64,000 nt of DNA from a virus (Duplodnaviria; Caudoviricetes). Shown piece after piece: positions 28,247 to 39,090 of the stretch. The stretch lies in the IMG/VR virus record IMGVR_UViG_3300020576_004326, positions 22,919 to 86,918 of that record; one strand, given 5' to 3'. Position numbers and translations under genes: made by a program. The notes below the pieces were generated by a model. The model was not told the origin of the DNA. It searched no databases and saw only the letters and a list, made by a program, of their open reading frames with translations. Numbering within the stretch: the stretch's first letter is position 1; each line of letters begins with the position of its first letter.

Positions 28247-28954
28247 GTGGACGACTCTGAAATCGACTTCTCTAGCATCGAGTGGGGCGACGAGCTAGAG
28301 CGCGCCGTCCGCTCCGCGTCCAGGGCAGACGTGTCTGCCGCGCGGTCGCTGTGGGGGCGCACGGGCGGCAACAGCCCCCGCGTCCGCACCAGCGTCGTGT
28401 TCCGCAACGACTTCGCCCGGTGGCTCATCGAGCGCGGTCCTCGCTACTCGGTCAACCTCGATCCCACCGGGCTGCACATGCGCGTGACGCCCAACAACGA
28501 GGGCGGCAAGTTCGAGGTCACCGAGTTCAAGTCGGTAGCCATACTGCGCCTGGGGTTCATCGAGCGCCTTCCCAACACGACGTTCGAGTCGGCCGACTTC
28601 TCGGTGCGCGTTGTGGAGAGCGACTCTCCGTTCCTCGTCGTGTCGTTCGACAAGGAGTGGCTCAACGGCAAGCAGCTGCTGCTCCCGCCGCCGAAGCGCG
28701 AGACGAAGGTCGAGGACGGCATACCCGCGGGCATTCGCAAGGTGCTCAACGTGCTCACCACCAACGACTCGATCTCTCACGGCTACCTCCCCACTCTGCT
28801 AGAGATGCAGCGCGAAGACGTGCGCAAGTGGGTAGACGCTACGGAGCAGTGGCTCGCTGGCCTCAAGCCGCCGATCAAGCTCAACAACCAGAAGTACTCG
28901 TACTTCTTAGCGCGCGGGGACGCCGAGCGCGTGCGCAAGTTGCTGGAGGGCTGA
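28247..28954 (+). CDS. hypothetical protein
   Basis: GC3-biased ORF in operon context. Confidence 0.55.
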   Translation: MDDSEIDFSSIEWGDELERAVRSASRADVSAARSLWGRTGGNSPRVRTSVVFRNDFARWLIERGPRYSVNLDPTGLHMRVTPNNEGGKFEVTEFKSVAILRLGFIERLPNTTFESADFSVRVVESDSPFLVVSFDKEWLNGKQLLLPPPKRETKVEDGIPAGIRKVLNVLTTNDSISHGYLPTLLEMQREDVRKWVDATEQWLAGLKPPIKLNNQKYSYFLARGDAERVRKLLEG

Positions 28955-29201
28955 GCGATGGCGAGAGACGACTTGTACGAGGCCCGGTATGGGGTTCGCC
29001 GCTGCTGGTGCGGGAGGAAAGATTGCTCCCGCTGGTGCGTAGGTGACTTCGTGCAGGGCACCATCGAGGCCTCGCTTACCGAGCGCCAGGCCAGAGCCGT
29101 CTCCTTCGTTCTCAACGCCATGTCGGGCGACGACCCCTGCGCGCTCACCGTCACCACCGCAGGCACCACCAAGACCACCACCCTGTAGGAGAGAGCGAGC
29201 G

Positions 29202-29690
29202 ATGTACAAGCCCAAGGCGATATTCACCGTCGGCGCCCCGCGTAGCGGAAAGACTACGTGGGCCAGGCTGTACCAGCAGACTCACGAGCGCACCGCCCTC
29301 CTGTCGCTCGACGATCTGCGTGTAACGCTCTGCGGCTCCAAGCGCGCCTACCACGACGAAGTGGGCGACGATCCCGGACACCCGCTGCGGACTGCACTCA
29401 ACGAGCTGCACGATCACGCGCTATCGTACCTCCTCGCGCGCTGCATGACCGTAGTCGTGCACAACACGCACCTCACGCGCTGGAACATAGATCGGAGCCT
29501 GTGCACGAGCTACGTGCTGCGCGCGGAGACCGAGTTCGTAGTGTTCGACAGGACGATAGAAGAACTTCGCAGTCGCAACGCGTCTTGCCCTCCAGAAGAC
29601 GCCGTACCCGACGGTGTGCTGATGAGAATGCACGACCAGATGCAGAGCGCCGACGCGTGGTGGAGGAGCGTTACTCACCGCACAGCGTAG
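29202..29690 (+). CDS. polynucleotide kinase-like P-loop kinase (AAA_33)
   Basis: VGAPRSGKTTWA, SLDDLR, VHNTHL. Confidence 0.8.
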   Translation: MYKPKAIFTVGAPRSGKTTWARLYQQTHERTALLSLDDLRVTLCGSKRAYHDEVGDDPGHPLRTALNELHDHALSYLLARCMTVVVHNTHLTRWNIDRSLCTSYVLRAETEFVVFDRTIEELRSRNASCPPEDAVPDGVLMRMHDQMQSADAWWRSVTHRTA

Positions 29691-29715
29691 CGCAGCAGAC
29701 AGAGAGGCGAGAGCC

Positions 29716-30129
29716 GTGCGCTACCGAGAAGATACGAACCGCGTTCAGAAGCGCCTCGCCGCTGGCCAGAAGTGCCCGTACTGCAAGCGTGAGATGCGGC
29801 TAGAGCCCGACCCTGCGTGCGAGCTGTCGCCTACGATCGACCACGTCGTGACGCAGGGCCGCGGAGGAAAGAGCAACCCCGAGAACCTGCTGTGGTCGTG
29901 CAGGCGCTGCAACAACCTTCGCGGTTCTGTTCCCTACGATGTGTTCGTCGCGTTCTCGCGCTACGTGCTGATACAGTTCCCCAACCACCCCGCCGCCTTC
30001 CTCCGAAACGCCCTCCGAGAGTTCGTCTACTGGCTGGCGTTCGCCGCGCTGGGAAAGAAGGACGGCGTGAACCACGCGGTGCGCATGAGCCTGCTGCAGC
30101 TGGCCGGAGACATGGAGAACGCGAAGTGA
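29716..30129 (+). CDS. HNH nuclease (McrA-like)
   Basis: CPYC...TIDHVV..GRGG.SNPENL..SCRRCN. Confidence 0.8.
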   Translation: MRYREDTNRVQKRLAAGQKCPYCKREMRLEPDPACELSPTIDHVVTQGRGGKSNPENLLWSCRRCNNLRGSVPYDVFVAFSRYVLIQFPNHPAAFLRNALREFVYWLAFAALGKKDGVNHAVRMSLLQLAGDMENAK

Positions 30130-31285
30130 GTATGCAGACGACGCTCGACACCACACCTGAGATAGAGAGGCTGTTCGCCGACTGGCGGAGAGCAGTCGAG
30201 AGAGTGACAGAGAACGTATCGGCGCAGAACGTCACTCTTCTGTGCATTCCTCCCAAGTACGCGAAGCACAGTCGCGGGTGGAGGATACACGGTATGACGA
30301 AGCGCCAGTGGCGCCGCGTCCGACACCTCGCTACTATGCATACGTTCGACGACGTGTACCTCGAGAGGTGTCCCGAGTTCACAGAGTCGGGTATGGTAAA
30401 CGTCGAGTTCTCCTGCGAGAATATGACGTCACGGCGTGTGCGGCCGTGAAGAACACCGCCGTACTTGCGGGACTAGACATAGACTTCGCTGCGGTAGAGC
30501 GCGTCGCACAATCTTGGAGAACCGCTATGTGGTTGACGATCGGTGAACTGGTAACGAAATTCGAGAAGGCAGCGGAGCCCGACCGAGAGCTAGACGTGCT
30601 GGCACACGTCGCGCTGTTCGGCGGGTTCGACTTCAACCTGGGTCAGGCCAGCGGCAACGTGGGAGGTATCAAATACTCGACGCGCGGCCTGAACCTCAAG
30701 CAGTTCGTAGAGAAGCACCCCAAGCTGTTTATCGAGGGAGCCATCTTCTACAACGTACCCCAGCTGTCGTCTTCGCTAGAGGCGTGCCACAAGCTACAGA
30801 CGGCTATGTTCCCCTCGTGCATGGTGAGCGGACACTTCGCTCCGACGGGCGGAATATCCCGAGCGCAGCTGGTTCACGTTCGCGGCGTAGCGATCGGTCG
30901 AGAGTGCGCCGCAAGATCGCCCACTCTCGCGTGGGCAGCAGCTATCCTAGCGGCGGCCTCGATAGACGAGAAGGCTGCCCACGACAGGTTCAAGGAGAAG
31001 ATCGATGAAGCGGAGAACGCCCTCAAGGCTCACGGTGGATCGCAGGTCGTTCTTGGCGGGAACCGAGGCGTCGACCCTACTGTCTAGCGTAGCTCTTCCC
31101 GCTACAGCTATACGGCCCGGCCCCCTCAGCGTAACGCTGCCGTCATCAGCTGCAGTACCGCTGGGTACGTCGTTCACGATCAAGTCGCTGGCGGACTCTA
31201 CGTTCGTGCTATACGCAGGAGACAGAAAGATCGAGCTGGGCAAGGCTCAGGCGATCACCGTCCAGAACAGAGAAGGAAACTGGAG

Positions 31286-32152
31286 ATGACCGAAGACGCT
31301 AAGGGCCTGAGCTGCGCGGCTCGTGCCGAACTCCTTAGAGAGACTGTCGATGCCTACCTCGACGCCCACGATCTAGGCACCAGCCTCTCACTGAGAATAG
31401 ACGAATGCTCTTTCGGTCGAGAGGCACTTGCCGCGTGCCTCGAAGAGGCCAAGAGTGCGGGAGACCTCTTCGGCGTCGCCATCGCGACCGAGCTGCTTTC
31501 CCTCCCCGACGATGTTCTGACGGTGGCCTCCGACTGCGGCCTCAGCGCTGCACTTGATCGCTGGGTGGAGGCTACGGAGCCGCAATCTGCGTCGCCGAGT
31601 TTCTCTCTACCGCCGACTAACGGTCTCACGTGGCTTCCGCCCATCCTGCGCTATCACGAGATAGTAGACTCGTTCGAGAGGGAACCCCTTTTCGTAGGCG
31701 ACGAGCTGATAGTAGGCAAGGGGCTGGAGGTAAGCGAGATAATACACCCCGCCGACGACCAGCGCCACCCTGCGTTTGCAATCATAGATTGGTTCGCAGT
31801 CGGTCTGTCGAAGTTCGCAGTTCTCCGTCAGCCTGTCGGCATCGTGCTCCCCTTGCCGAGGAACCATCCCGGAGTAGCCGTCCAAGAATTCTGCGCGACG
31901 ATTCGATACGAGTCGAACCCTATGCTCGGAAAATATCGTCATAAGTTTGCGGCCGTGTACGGGATACTACAGGAGGCTGTTCTACCCTCGAAGTCTACGG
32001 TGGCGACCAAGCCCGTGGCTTTCCTGACTCACCTCGGGTGGTACGACGGCTACGTGCAGTCGATAGGCTGGGACGGAGAGACTAACACGTTCACCGTCAT
32101 CGGCGGAGTACGCAAGCGCGCCAAGACAGAACAGCTGGAGACCGCGCGGTGA
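31286..32152 (+). CDS. hypothetical protein
   Basis: ORF coupled to the downstream transferase (GTGA overlap). Confidence 0.5.
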   Translation: MTEDAKGLSCAARAELLRETVDAYLDAHDLGTSLSLRIDECSFGREALAACLEEAKSAGDLFGVAIATELLSLPDDVLTVASDCGLSAALDRWVEATEPQSASPSFSLPPTNGLTWLPPILRYHEIVDSFEREPLFVGDELIVGKGLEVSEIIHPADDQRHPAFAIIDWFAVGLSKFAVLRQPVGIVLPLPRNHPGVAVQEFCATIRYESNPMLGKYRHKFAAVYGILQEAVLPSKSTVATKPVAFLTHLGWYDGYVQSIGWDGETNTFTVIGGVRKRAKTEQLETAR

Positions 32153-34377
32153 AGCGATATACTGCACTAACGATACCCTCGATACGCAAGATCAACAAGC
32201 TCCCGAAGGCGCTGGTCGGAGCCAGCCTCTTCGCCGGCGGGGGAGGCGCGTCTACGGGAATGAAGCTGGCTGGCATCGACGTGCGCTACGCCAACGAATT
32301 TATCCCCGGCGCCATCGCAACTTACCGCGCCAACGCCAGCAAGTCGACGTTCGTAGACGAGCGCGACATACGCACCGTGCAGCCGTCCGAGATACTGAAG
32401 CACTGCCGCGTGGCGAAGGGCGAACTCGACTACCTCGACGCTTCACCCCCCTGCTTCCCGGCAGGAACTCTCGTTCGCACCAACACGGGGCTAAAGCCTA
32501 TACAGCTTGTGGAGTGCGGAGACTTAGTTCTTACCCACAAGGCGAGGTTTCGCCGTGTAAATAATACTATGTCTCGGCTATACGCCGGCGACATGGTAAA
32601 GATTGCCTGCGTAGGAACTCAAGATACATCTTCGACTCCTGAGCACCCCTTCTTCGTGAAGAAGCGATTGTCACCTACGGCACTGGCAGACCCCGCGTGG
32701 ATAGAAGCTAAGGATGTCTGCAAAGGAGACTACGTCGGCATCGTAGTCGATAAGAAGGCAGAGGTACCCGCATACGACGGATACGTCGAACGATCTGGCT
32801 TTGATCGTGTCACTCGGCAGTTTACGACTGCGACGACTATAAATACTCTGCCTCTGTCAAACCCTAATTTTTGGTACCTCATAGGGAGGTGGCTAGGTGA
32901 TGGTTGGCTTCGATACACCGAAGACTACGCTTCCAAGTTCATAAATCAAGAACTGAAACGCCGAAAGAACCGTTATGGGTTCATAATTTGCTGCAAGGAC
33001 CCAAGCCTAGACGGCGGTATTGAGCTGAAGCAGATCACCAAAAGATTCGATGCTCTAGGGTGGAACTACGGCGTTAAGCGTTACGGTAGCGTAGTTCGCG
33101 TAGTTCTTAAGGGACAAGGCGCAGGTGCGCAGAGCGCGGCTTCTGGAATTACTTCTCCTAAAGAGTTGGTTCTGTGGTGTCTCCGATTTGGCAGAGGAGC
33201 TGCAAACAAGCGTCTTACGGGAGACATTCTTAATCTACCGATACCCCTGTTGAAGGAGGTGGTACGCGGCTACCTTGCCGCTGACGGGCGCAAAAGGGGC
33301 AAAGGGATTTGGGGCTTTAGAGGAACAAGTAACCAACTCATACAGGGGATAGCGTTCGCTGTTGCCAAGATAAGGAAAGTTCCTACCAACAGAGTCGCGC
33401 GTGTTAGGCCTACGAGAAGACCTTCGGTAATAGAAGGTCGGGTAGTATCGTCTAATCCTCAGTGGTACACTGTAACCTGCCCCAAGATTTCTCGTATGAA
33501 AGCATTCGAGTACGACTCGAAATCTCGCATATTATGGGTCCGCGTTCGTGCCGTTTCCTCATCGCCCGTTGCAACTACGGTGTATAACATATCTGTAGGC
33601 GGAGACGATACTTACACCGCAAACACTCTAGCTGTTCACAACTGCAAGATGTATAGTGGAGCCGCGAAGTTCTCGCGCGTAGGTAAGCGTGCAGACGCAC
33701 CGGTGCTGTACAGCGAGAACGTGAAGCAGCGCGTAGACGACCTGTTCGACGAGTTTCTGCGCATCCTCAAGGGCGTGAGGCCCAAGGTATTCGCCACCGA
33801 GAACGTGACGGGCCTCGCCGAGGGAGTGAGCAAGGGCTTCTTCCTCGAGATACTGCAGAAGATGAAAGACTGCGGCTACGCAGTCGAGGCGCGCATGGTG
33901 GACGCCTCGAAGCTCGGCGTACCCCAGCGGCGCATACGCATCGTGTTCGTAGGCGTCCGCACCGACGTGTCTAAGGCAGTCTGCGGGCCCGTGTTCCCCA
34001 AGCCGGGCAAGAAGGTGCTGGCGCTGCGCGACGTGATCCCCGACGCCGCGTTCGTGCAGGAGGGAGCGCGCGGGTGGGGCGACGCGCGGCGCCCCGCGCC
34101 CACCATCGTCGCGGGCGGGCACTCGTTCAACGAGTACTCGCAGCTCTCGGCGGGCGGCTACTACAAAGACGACTCGGGAGACGTGATCAAGTTCACCATC
34201 CCGCAGCTGATCAAGATATTCGGGTACCCCGAAGACTACGTGCTCACGGGCGACTTCAAGATGCAGTGGGAACGGCTCGGTCGATCGCACGTCCCGCTGG
34301 CCGTCTACGCCATCGCGTCTACCATCAAGGACGAGGTGCTCGACCCCTATAATCGAATGAAGAGGAAGAAGAAATGA
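32149..34377 (+). CDS. C5-cytosine transferase, CmoX-like (putative carboxymethyltransferase), intein-containing
   Basis: Motif I FAGGGG, IV SPP|C, VI ENV, VIII QRRIR; motif X ERLGRSH has Arg in place of the usual Asn. Confidence 0.88.
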   Translation: MKRYTALTIPSIRKINKLPKALVGASLFAGGGGASTGMKLAGIDVRYANEFIPGAIATYRANASKSTFVDERDIRTVQPSEILKHCRVAKGELDYLDASPPCFPAGTLVRTNTGLKPIQLVECGDLVLTHKARFRRVNNTMSRLYAGDMVKIACVGTQDTSSTPEHPFFVKKRLSPTALADPAWIEAKDVCKGDYVGIVVDKKAEVPAYDGYVERSGFDRVTRQFTTATTINTLPLSNPNFWYLIGRWLGDGWLRYTEDYASKFINQELKRRKNRYGFIICCKDPSLDGGIELKQITKRFDALGWNYGVKRYGSVVRVVLKGQGAGAQSAASGITSPKELVLWCLRFGRGAANKRLTGDILNLPIPLLKEVVRGYLAADGRKRGKGIWGFRGTSNQLIQGIAFAVAKIRKVPTNRVARVRPTRRPSVIEGRVVSSNPQWYTVTCPKISRMKAFEYDSKSRILWVRVRAVSSSPVATTVYNISVGGDDTYTANTLAVHNCKMYSGAAKFSRVGKRADAPVLYSENVKQRVDDLFDEFLRILKGVRPKVFATENVTGLAEGVSKGFFLEILQKMKDCGYAVEARMVDASKLGVPQRRIRIVFVGVRTDVSKAVCGPVFPKPGKKVLALRDVIPDAAFVQEGARGWGDARRPAPTIVAGGHSFNEYSQLSAGGYYKDDSGDVIKFTIPQLIKIFGYPEDYVLTGDFKMQWERLGRSHVPLAVYAIASTIKDEVLDPYNRMKRKKK
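32452..33642 (+). mobile_element. intein with LAGLIDADG endonuclease (397 aa) at the catalytic PC motif
   Basis: CFPAGT...TPEHPF...LIGRWLGDG...GYLAADG...VYNISV...HN|C; AT-richer codons. Confidence 0.92.
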
Positions 34378-35714
34378 TCGTCGTCAGACTACTGATCATC
34401 TGGGTGATCGTCGGCGTCGTCGTAGTCGCCGGCATCAGCGCCACGCATCCCACCCTGCAGTTCAACGGCCCCGGTCAGGCAGCCAAGGCTGTGATGTTCT
34501 GGCCCATTACGGTGTACGCCGTAATCGCGGGCGACTTAGTCCGCAACCCCGTAGACTGAGAGGTGCACCGTGAAGTTCTTATCGTGCGCGCTTCCTCCCG
34601 TTCGCATCAAGGCCGACTGGACGTACCAGAACGAGCCCGTCGCCGTGAGCGTAGTGCAGGGGCTAAGGCGCTCTCGCGTCAACCACTACTTCGATGAGGA
34701 GGGGTATCCCGCAATAGAGTTCGTGGGGACTGGGGCGAAGTGGGTGTTCGCCGACCTGGCCCAGCGCGAAGCGGCGCTACTCCTACTCATGCGCGGCTCG
34801 GAGCAGCTAACCTCCGAAGACGTCACCTCCGAGGCCACGAAGTGGTCTAAGTTAAACCTAGTAGCTCCTGCGTGCAGTAGCTCTAGCAAGATGCGCGACT
34901 ACCGCGCTTCTCCCGTTCCTCTTACTTCGAGGCCAACATGGTAAACACGTGCCCTGCGTGCGGCAAGCAACTCGTGGTGAACTCGCAGGCTGGCATCGCG
35001 CTGTGCCCCGACTGGCATCACTGGACCAGCAAGCCCACTGCGAAAATCGACGCAGGCGACGACTTGATGATGGCGGAAGCCGGCACGCTCAGCGCGCGGC
35101 TAGCGCTGGAGGCCGACCGCAGCTTCGCGTTCATGCGAGACGCCTGCGCGTTCGCGGGCAAGCCCCCGCAGTCTCTGTTCGCCGCCATCGCCCTAGCGTT
35201 CATCGACTCGCTGGTGCAGCAGTACGAGGGTCGAATGGCCGGCGCGGTACCCGAGGCGGAGAGGCGCGCGTGGATCATGCAGCAGATCGTTTCTACCACG
35301 ACTATGGTGGTCGACATGCGCGTAGGCAAGCTCGAAGAGTCTGGTCTACCCAAGGCCACCGTCAACTAGGAGAAGCGTCATGGCAGATCGCGTCGCATAC
35401 GAGTTCGACCGCTACCTCTACGGATCGAAGGTGGCGGAGGGCGTCACGGTGCACCGGGCCGACTCTTTCGAGGAGGCCACCGTCGTAGCTGCCCGCCTGT
35501 GCGGAGGCCAGCGCGGTACCGTACTCGTCCCCCGCTTCGACACGCTGATGCTCCTGTTCACTAAGCGCGTCGGTCCGTACGCCGCGGTGAAGCCCAAGAA
35601 GGGCGACCAGTGGATGCACCCGATCACGGGGACCGTCTACGTGTTCGACGGCGAGAACTACGTGAGTACGAGCGAGAAGCCTTACGGCACCGACCCCATG
35701 GGCGTGCTGAGCTG

Positions 35715-36326
35715 ATGAGCAAGCGCGCCCTGAACAAGTCGTGGGCCAAGCGGACGGTGGGGTCGGGTCGCAGCAAGCAGTCTCGCGCCAAGATACTCGA
35801 CGGCTACGGGTCTCCTCGCGAGTCGTTCGACGCCCTGGTGCGCGACGGCAGAGAAGAGTTCCCGCTACGCATATGGGAGCCGGCCGCGGGCCGTCACCAC
35901 ATGGTGCGCGCGATGGAGCGCCACGGGCACCGCGTGTACACCAGCGACGTGTACCGCTGGAGCAAGCGCACGCGCACGATCATCGACTTCTTCGCGGCGA
36001 AGCGCGTACCCAAGAGGCACAGGTGCATCGTCACCAACCCACCTTTCTACCTCGCCCAGCAGTTCGCCCAGCACGCAATGACGCTGCTCCCTCCTGGAGG
36101 CCGCCTCTACCTGCTGCTGCGCGTTCAGTGGCTAGAGGGAGTAAAGAGGAAGCGAGAGCTGTTCGACGGGTGCCCGCCCAAGTACGTGTACGTGTTCTCG
36201 TATCGCCTTCCCATGATGCACGCGTTCGACCACGCGGGCAAGAAGATGAAGGGCGGCATGATGGCGATGGCGTGGTTCGTGTTTGTGAAAAATTTTAAGG
36301 GGGAGCCCACGATAAGATGGCTCTGA
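35715..36326 (+). CDS. DNA amino-methyltransferase (N6-adenine or N4-cytosine)
   Basis: WEPAAG motif I and IVTNPPF motif IV. Confidence 0.85.
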   Translation: MSKRALNKSWAKRTVGSGRSKQSRAKILDGYGSPRESFDALVRDGREEFPLRIWEPAAGRHHMVRAMERHGHRVYTSDVYRWSKRTRTIIDFFAAKRVPKRHRCIVTNPPFYLAQQFAQHAMTLLPPGGRLYLLLRVQWLEGVKRKRELFDGCPPKYVYVFSYRLPMMHAFDHAGKKMKGGMMAMAWFVFVKNFKGEPTIRWL

Positions 36327-37012
36327 AACTAGAAGTAAACACGGGTGCTCGTTTTGGCAGATTGCGAGTAGTGCAAGAGATTTCCCGGTCTTCCCCTGGT
36401 CGCCACTTCCTTTGTCGATGTGACTGTGGCAATAAAACGGTTACAACTCTAGCCCGAATGCGGTCAGGCAAGACTCGGTCTTGCGGATGCATTCGCTTAG
36501 AGACTACACGAGCCTTGGGTAAAAAATATGGAGGCAGTGCTCAAAAGCACGGTCTTGCAGGTACTGCTTTATATACGTGTCACAGGTTGATGATGAAACG
36601 TTGCTACGATGTAAGTTATCTTCGGTACGATTCTTGGGGAGGACGCGGCATTCGCGTATGCAGAAAGTGGCACGATCTTCGCGCGTTCGTAGACTGGAAT
36701 AATTCTCTTCCTAAAGAAGAACGATACCGAACCGGCCTCACCATAGAGAGAAGGGACAACGCGAGAGGATATTCTCCGAATAATTGCTATTGGGCAACAA
36801 GACGACAGCAGCAACGAAATCGGAGAGGAAATGTTAGGATAATGTACAGAGGGAAGTTGAGCAGCTTTATGTACGTGTACGAGGACTTGATAGAGCGTAA
36901 GCTGGTTCCTAAAAAGTCGGCGGAGAAGATACGGCGTAGGTTGCGCCAGGGATATAAATTATCCGATATAGTCAAGGGGTTCACCGGCGAGCCGAAGATT
37001 CGGTGGCTGTAG
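36317..37012 (+). CDS. HNH homing endonuclease fused to the displaced MTase C-terminus
   Basis: CRCDCG, WGGRGIRVC, IERRDNARGYSPNNCYW; ends VKGFTGEPKIRWL. Confidence 0.85.
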   Translation: MALKLEVNTGARFGRLRVVQEISRSSPGRHFLCRCDCGNKTVTTLARMRSGKTRSCGCIRLETTRALGKKYGGSAQKHGLAGTALYTCHRLMMKRCYDVSYLRYDSWGGRGIRVCRKWHDLRAFVDWNNSLPKEERYRTGLTIERRDNARGYSPNNCYWATRRQQQRNRRGNVRIMYRGKLSSFMYVYEDLIERKLVPKKSAEKIRRRLRQGYKLSDIVKGFTGEPKIRWL

Positions 37013-37471
37013 GAGATCGCGATGAAGCACGATGAAGAGCTGCGCGCACGCGTGCGCGCCAAGATCGTAGAGTCTCTGCAGAAGATGAGAGACGACACGG
37101 GCCTATACGTCGGCGGCCCCGCGTCGGGCGAAGTTCGGCCCGACGACGACGAGGTAGTGGTCGACGGCCTAGTCGACCTTCAAGAACTCGTGAGCGCCGT
37201 GATCTCGGCGGTGACCGATAAAGACTAGGTGATCCGTGAGCGGGGCGACGTTCATCACGGTACGGCGCAGGGTGGCAGACGTCAGGTTCTTCGAGAACGA
37301 CGTGCTCGTTGCCGTGCTGGGCAGAGACAGGCGCGGCCTGCACCGCCTGCACCACACGCGGGAGTCGTGCCCCGACCTCATCGCTCAGGTAGAGAAGTTC
37401 GTCAAAGACTACACCGACTCTGCCGGTTTCTTTACGGCCCGCGAGGGCGTCCACGTGATTAGGATGAGAGA

Positions 37472-37621
37472 ATGAAGCTCTACACCGCGCTAGACATACC
37501 GACGATGGCCGAGATAAACGCGAAGCGCAAGAAGTTCGTCGGCGCCAGCCTGTTCTCGGGCTGCGGAGGAGCCTCGGTCGGCATGAAGCTGGCCGGCATC
37601 GACGTGAGGTGCGTCGGATGA
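37472..37621 (+). pseudogene. orphaned original 5' end of the second CmoX-like gene (49 aa)
   Basis: MKLYTALDIPTMAEINAKRKKFVGASLFSGCGGASVGMKLAGIDVR; a second copy starts at 38077. Confidence 0.85.
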
Positions 37622-38076
37622 TCTATAGATTACCTGAGATACGAAACAAAGGCGATCATCCATTATATCGCACATGGTACGGAATGCTGCGACGGTGCAG
37701 AGATCACCCTCGCTACATGGGTAGAGTAAGCGTGTGCAAATCCTGGGCCCACCCCGAGAAGGGTTTCTCTGCCTTTGTTACATGGGCTCGAAAGGGTTAT
37801 CGCCCGGGGTTAGAGCTGGATCGTAGGAATAACGACGGCGACTACTCTCCCGATAATTGTCGGTGGGTTACGCACAAGATTAACGCCCAAAACAGAGGTG
37901 ATATAATTTGGGTAGAAGTCGGCGGAAGTCGACAAGAGCTGTTTCGTCTATGGGAAAACAGCTCACGCGTAGTATCCTACAACACAGTAAAACTGCGCTA
38001 TTACAGGGGCTGGGATGTAAAGCGTGCTCTGTCCACTCCCGCAAAACACCCAGGTGCTCCTAAGAGGGTTTCGAAC
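37618..38076 (+). CDS. HNH homing endonuclease, in frame with the downstream transferase
   Basis: LDRRNNDGDYSPDNCRW; ATG overlaps the remnant's TGA; no stop before 38077. Confidence 0.82.
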
Positions 38077-39090
38077 ATGAAGCTATACACGGCTCTCGAT
38101 ATTCCTACAATGCGCGAGATAAATGCGTTACCTAAAACCTTCGTTGCAGCGAGTTTGTTCTCTGGATGTGGAGGCTCATCCGTTGGTATTAAATTAGCTG
38201 GCGGAGACGTGCGCTACGCGTCAGAGTTCGTGCCCATCGCGGCCGACACGTACGCGGCGAACGCACCCGGCACGTACGTAGACCGCAGAGACATTCGCGA
38301 AGTGAAGCCCGAGTTCGTACTCAAGAAGTGCCGCGTGGCGAAGGGCGAACTCGACTACCTAGACGGCTCCCCGCCGTGCAAGATTTTCTCGAAGGCTTCG
38401 CTGCACACGAAGGGCAAGCGAGACGAGACGAACGTCGTGCTGTACTCGGAGGGCATCAAGCAGCGCGTAGACGACCTGTTCTTCCAGTTCGCCCGCCTGC
38501 TCAAGGGCACGCAGCCCAAAGTCTTCGTCGCCGAGAACGTCGAGGGCCTGACGGCTCAGGCCAACCGCCCCTACCTCAACGAGATATTCTCGTCGCTCCG
38601 TAAGTGCGGGTACGAGGTCGAGGCGCGCGTGCTCGACGCCTCCAAGCTGGGCGTGCCGCAGGCTCGCAAGCGCCTCATCTTCGTGGGCGTCCGCAGAGAC
38701 TTGGTGAAGCGCGGGTTCAAGCCCGCGTTCCCGAAGCCCCTCAACCGCTACATCACCGTGCAAGACGTCGTGCCCCACGCCGTTAAGATGAAGTTCGGCG
38801 GCGGTCGCGGCTACATGTCTGCGGCTCAGCCCAGCCAGACGATCACGGCGTCCGACGCCACGACCTACGAGACTGCCGACTTCTCGTGCGGAGCGTACAT
38901 CGAGCTGCCCGACGGGACGCGCCGCAAGTACAAGATCAGCGAGGCGAAGCGCGTCTTCGGCATGCCAGAAGACTTCAAGCTGCTGGGCGACTACGAGCAG
39001 CGCTTCGAGCGCCTCGGTCGCATACACGTGCCCCTATCCGTCTACTACGTCGCCAGCGCCCTGCGCGAGAACGTGCTGAGCAAGCTGTGA
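38077..39090 (+). CDS. second C5-cytosine transferase, CmoX-like
   Basis: FSGCGG, DGSPPC, ENV, QARKR; motif X ERLGRIH; AGAGG upstream of ATG. Confidence 0.88.
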   Translation: MKLYTALDIPTMREINALPKTFVAASLFSGCGGSSVGIKLAGGDVRYASEFVPIAADTYAANAPGTYVDRRDIREVKPEFVLKKCRVAKGELDYLDGSPPCKIFSKASLHTKGKRDETNVVLYSEGIKQRVDDLFFQFARLLKGTQPKVFVAENVEGLTAQANRPYLNEIFSSLRKCGYEVEARVLDASKLGVPQARKRLIFVGVRRDLVKRGFKPAFPKPLNRYITVQDVVPHAVKMKFGGGRGYMSAAQPSQTITASDATTYETADFSCGAYIELPDGTRRKYKISEAKRVFGMPEDFKLLGDYEQRFERLGRIHVPLSVYYVASALRENVLSKL

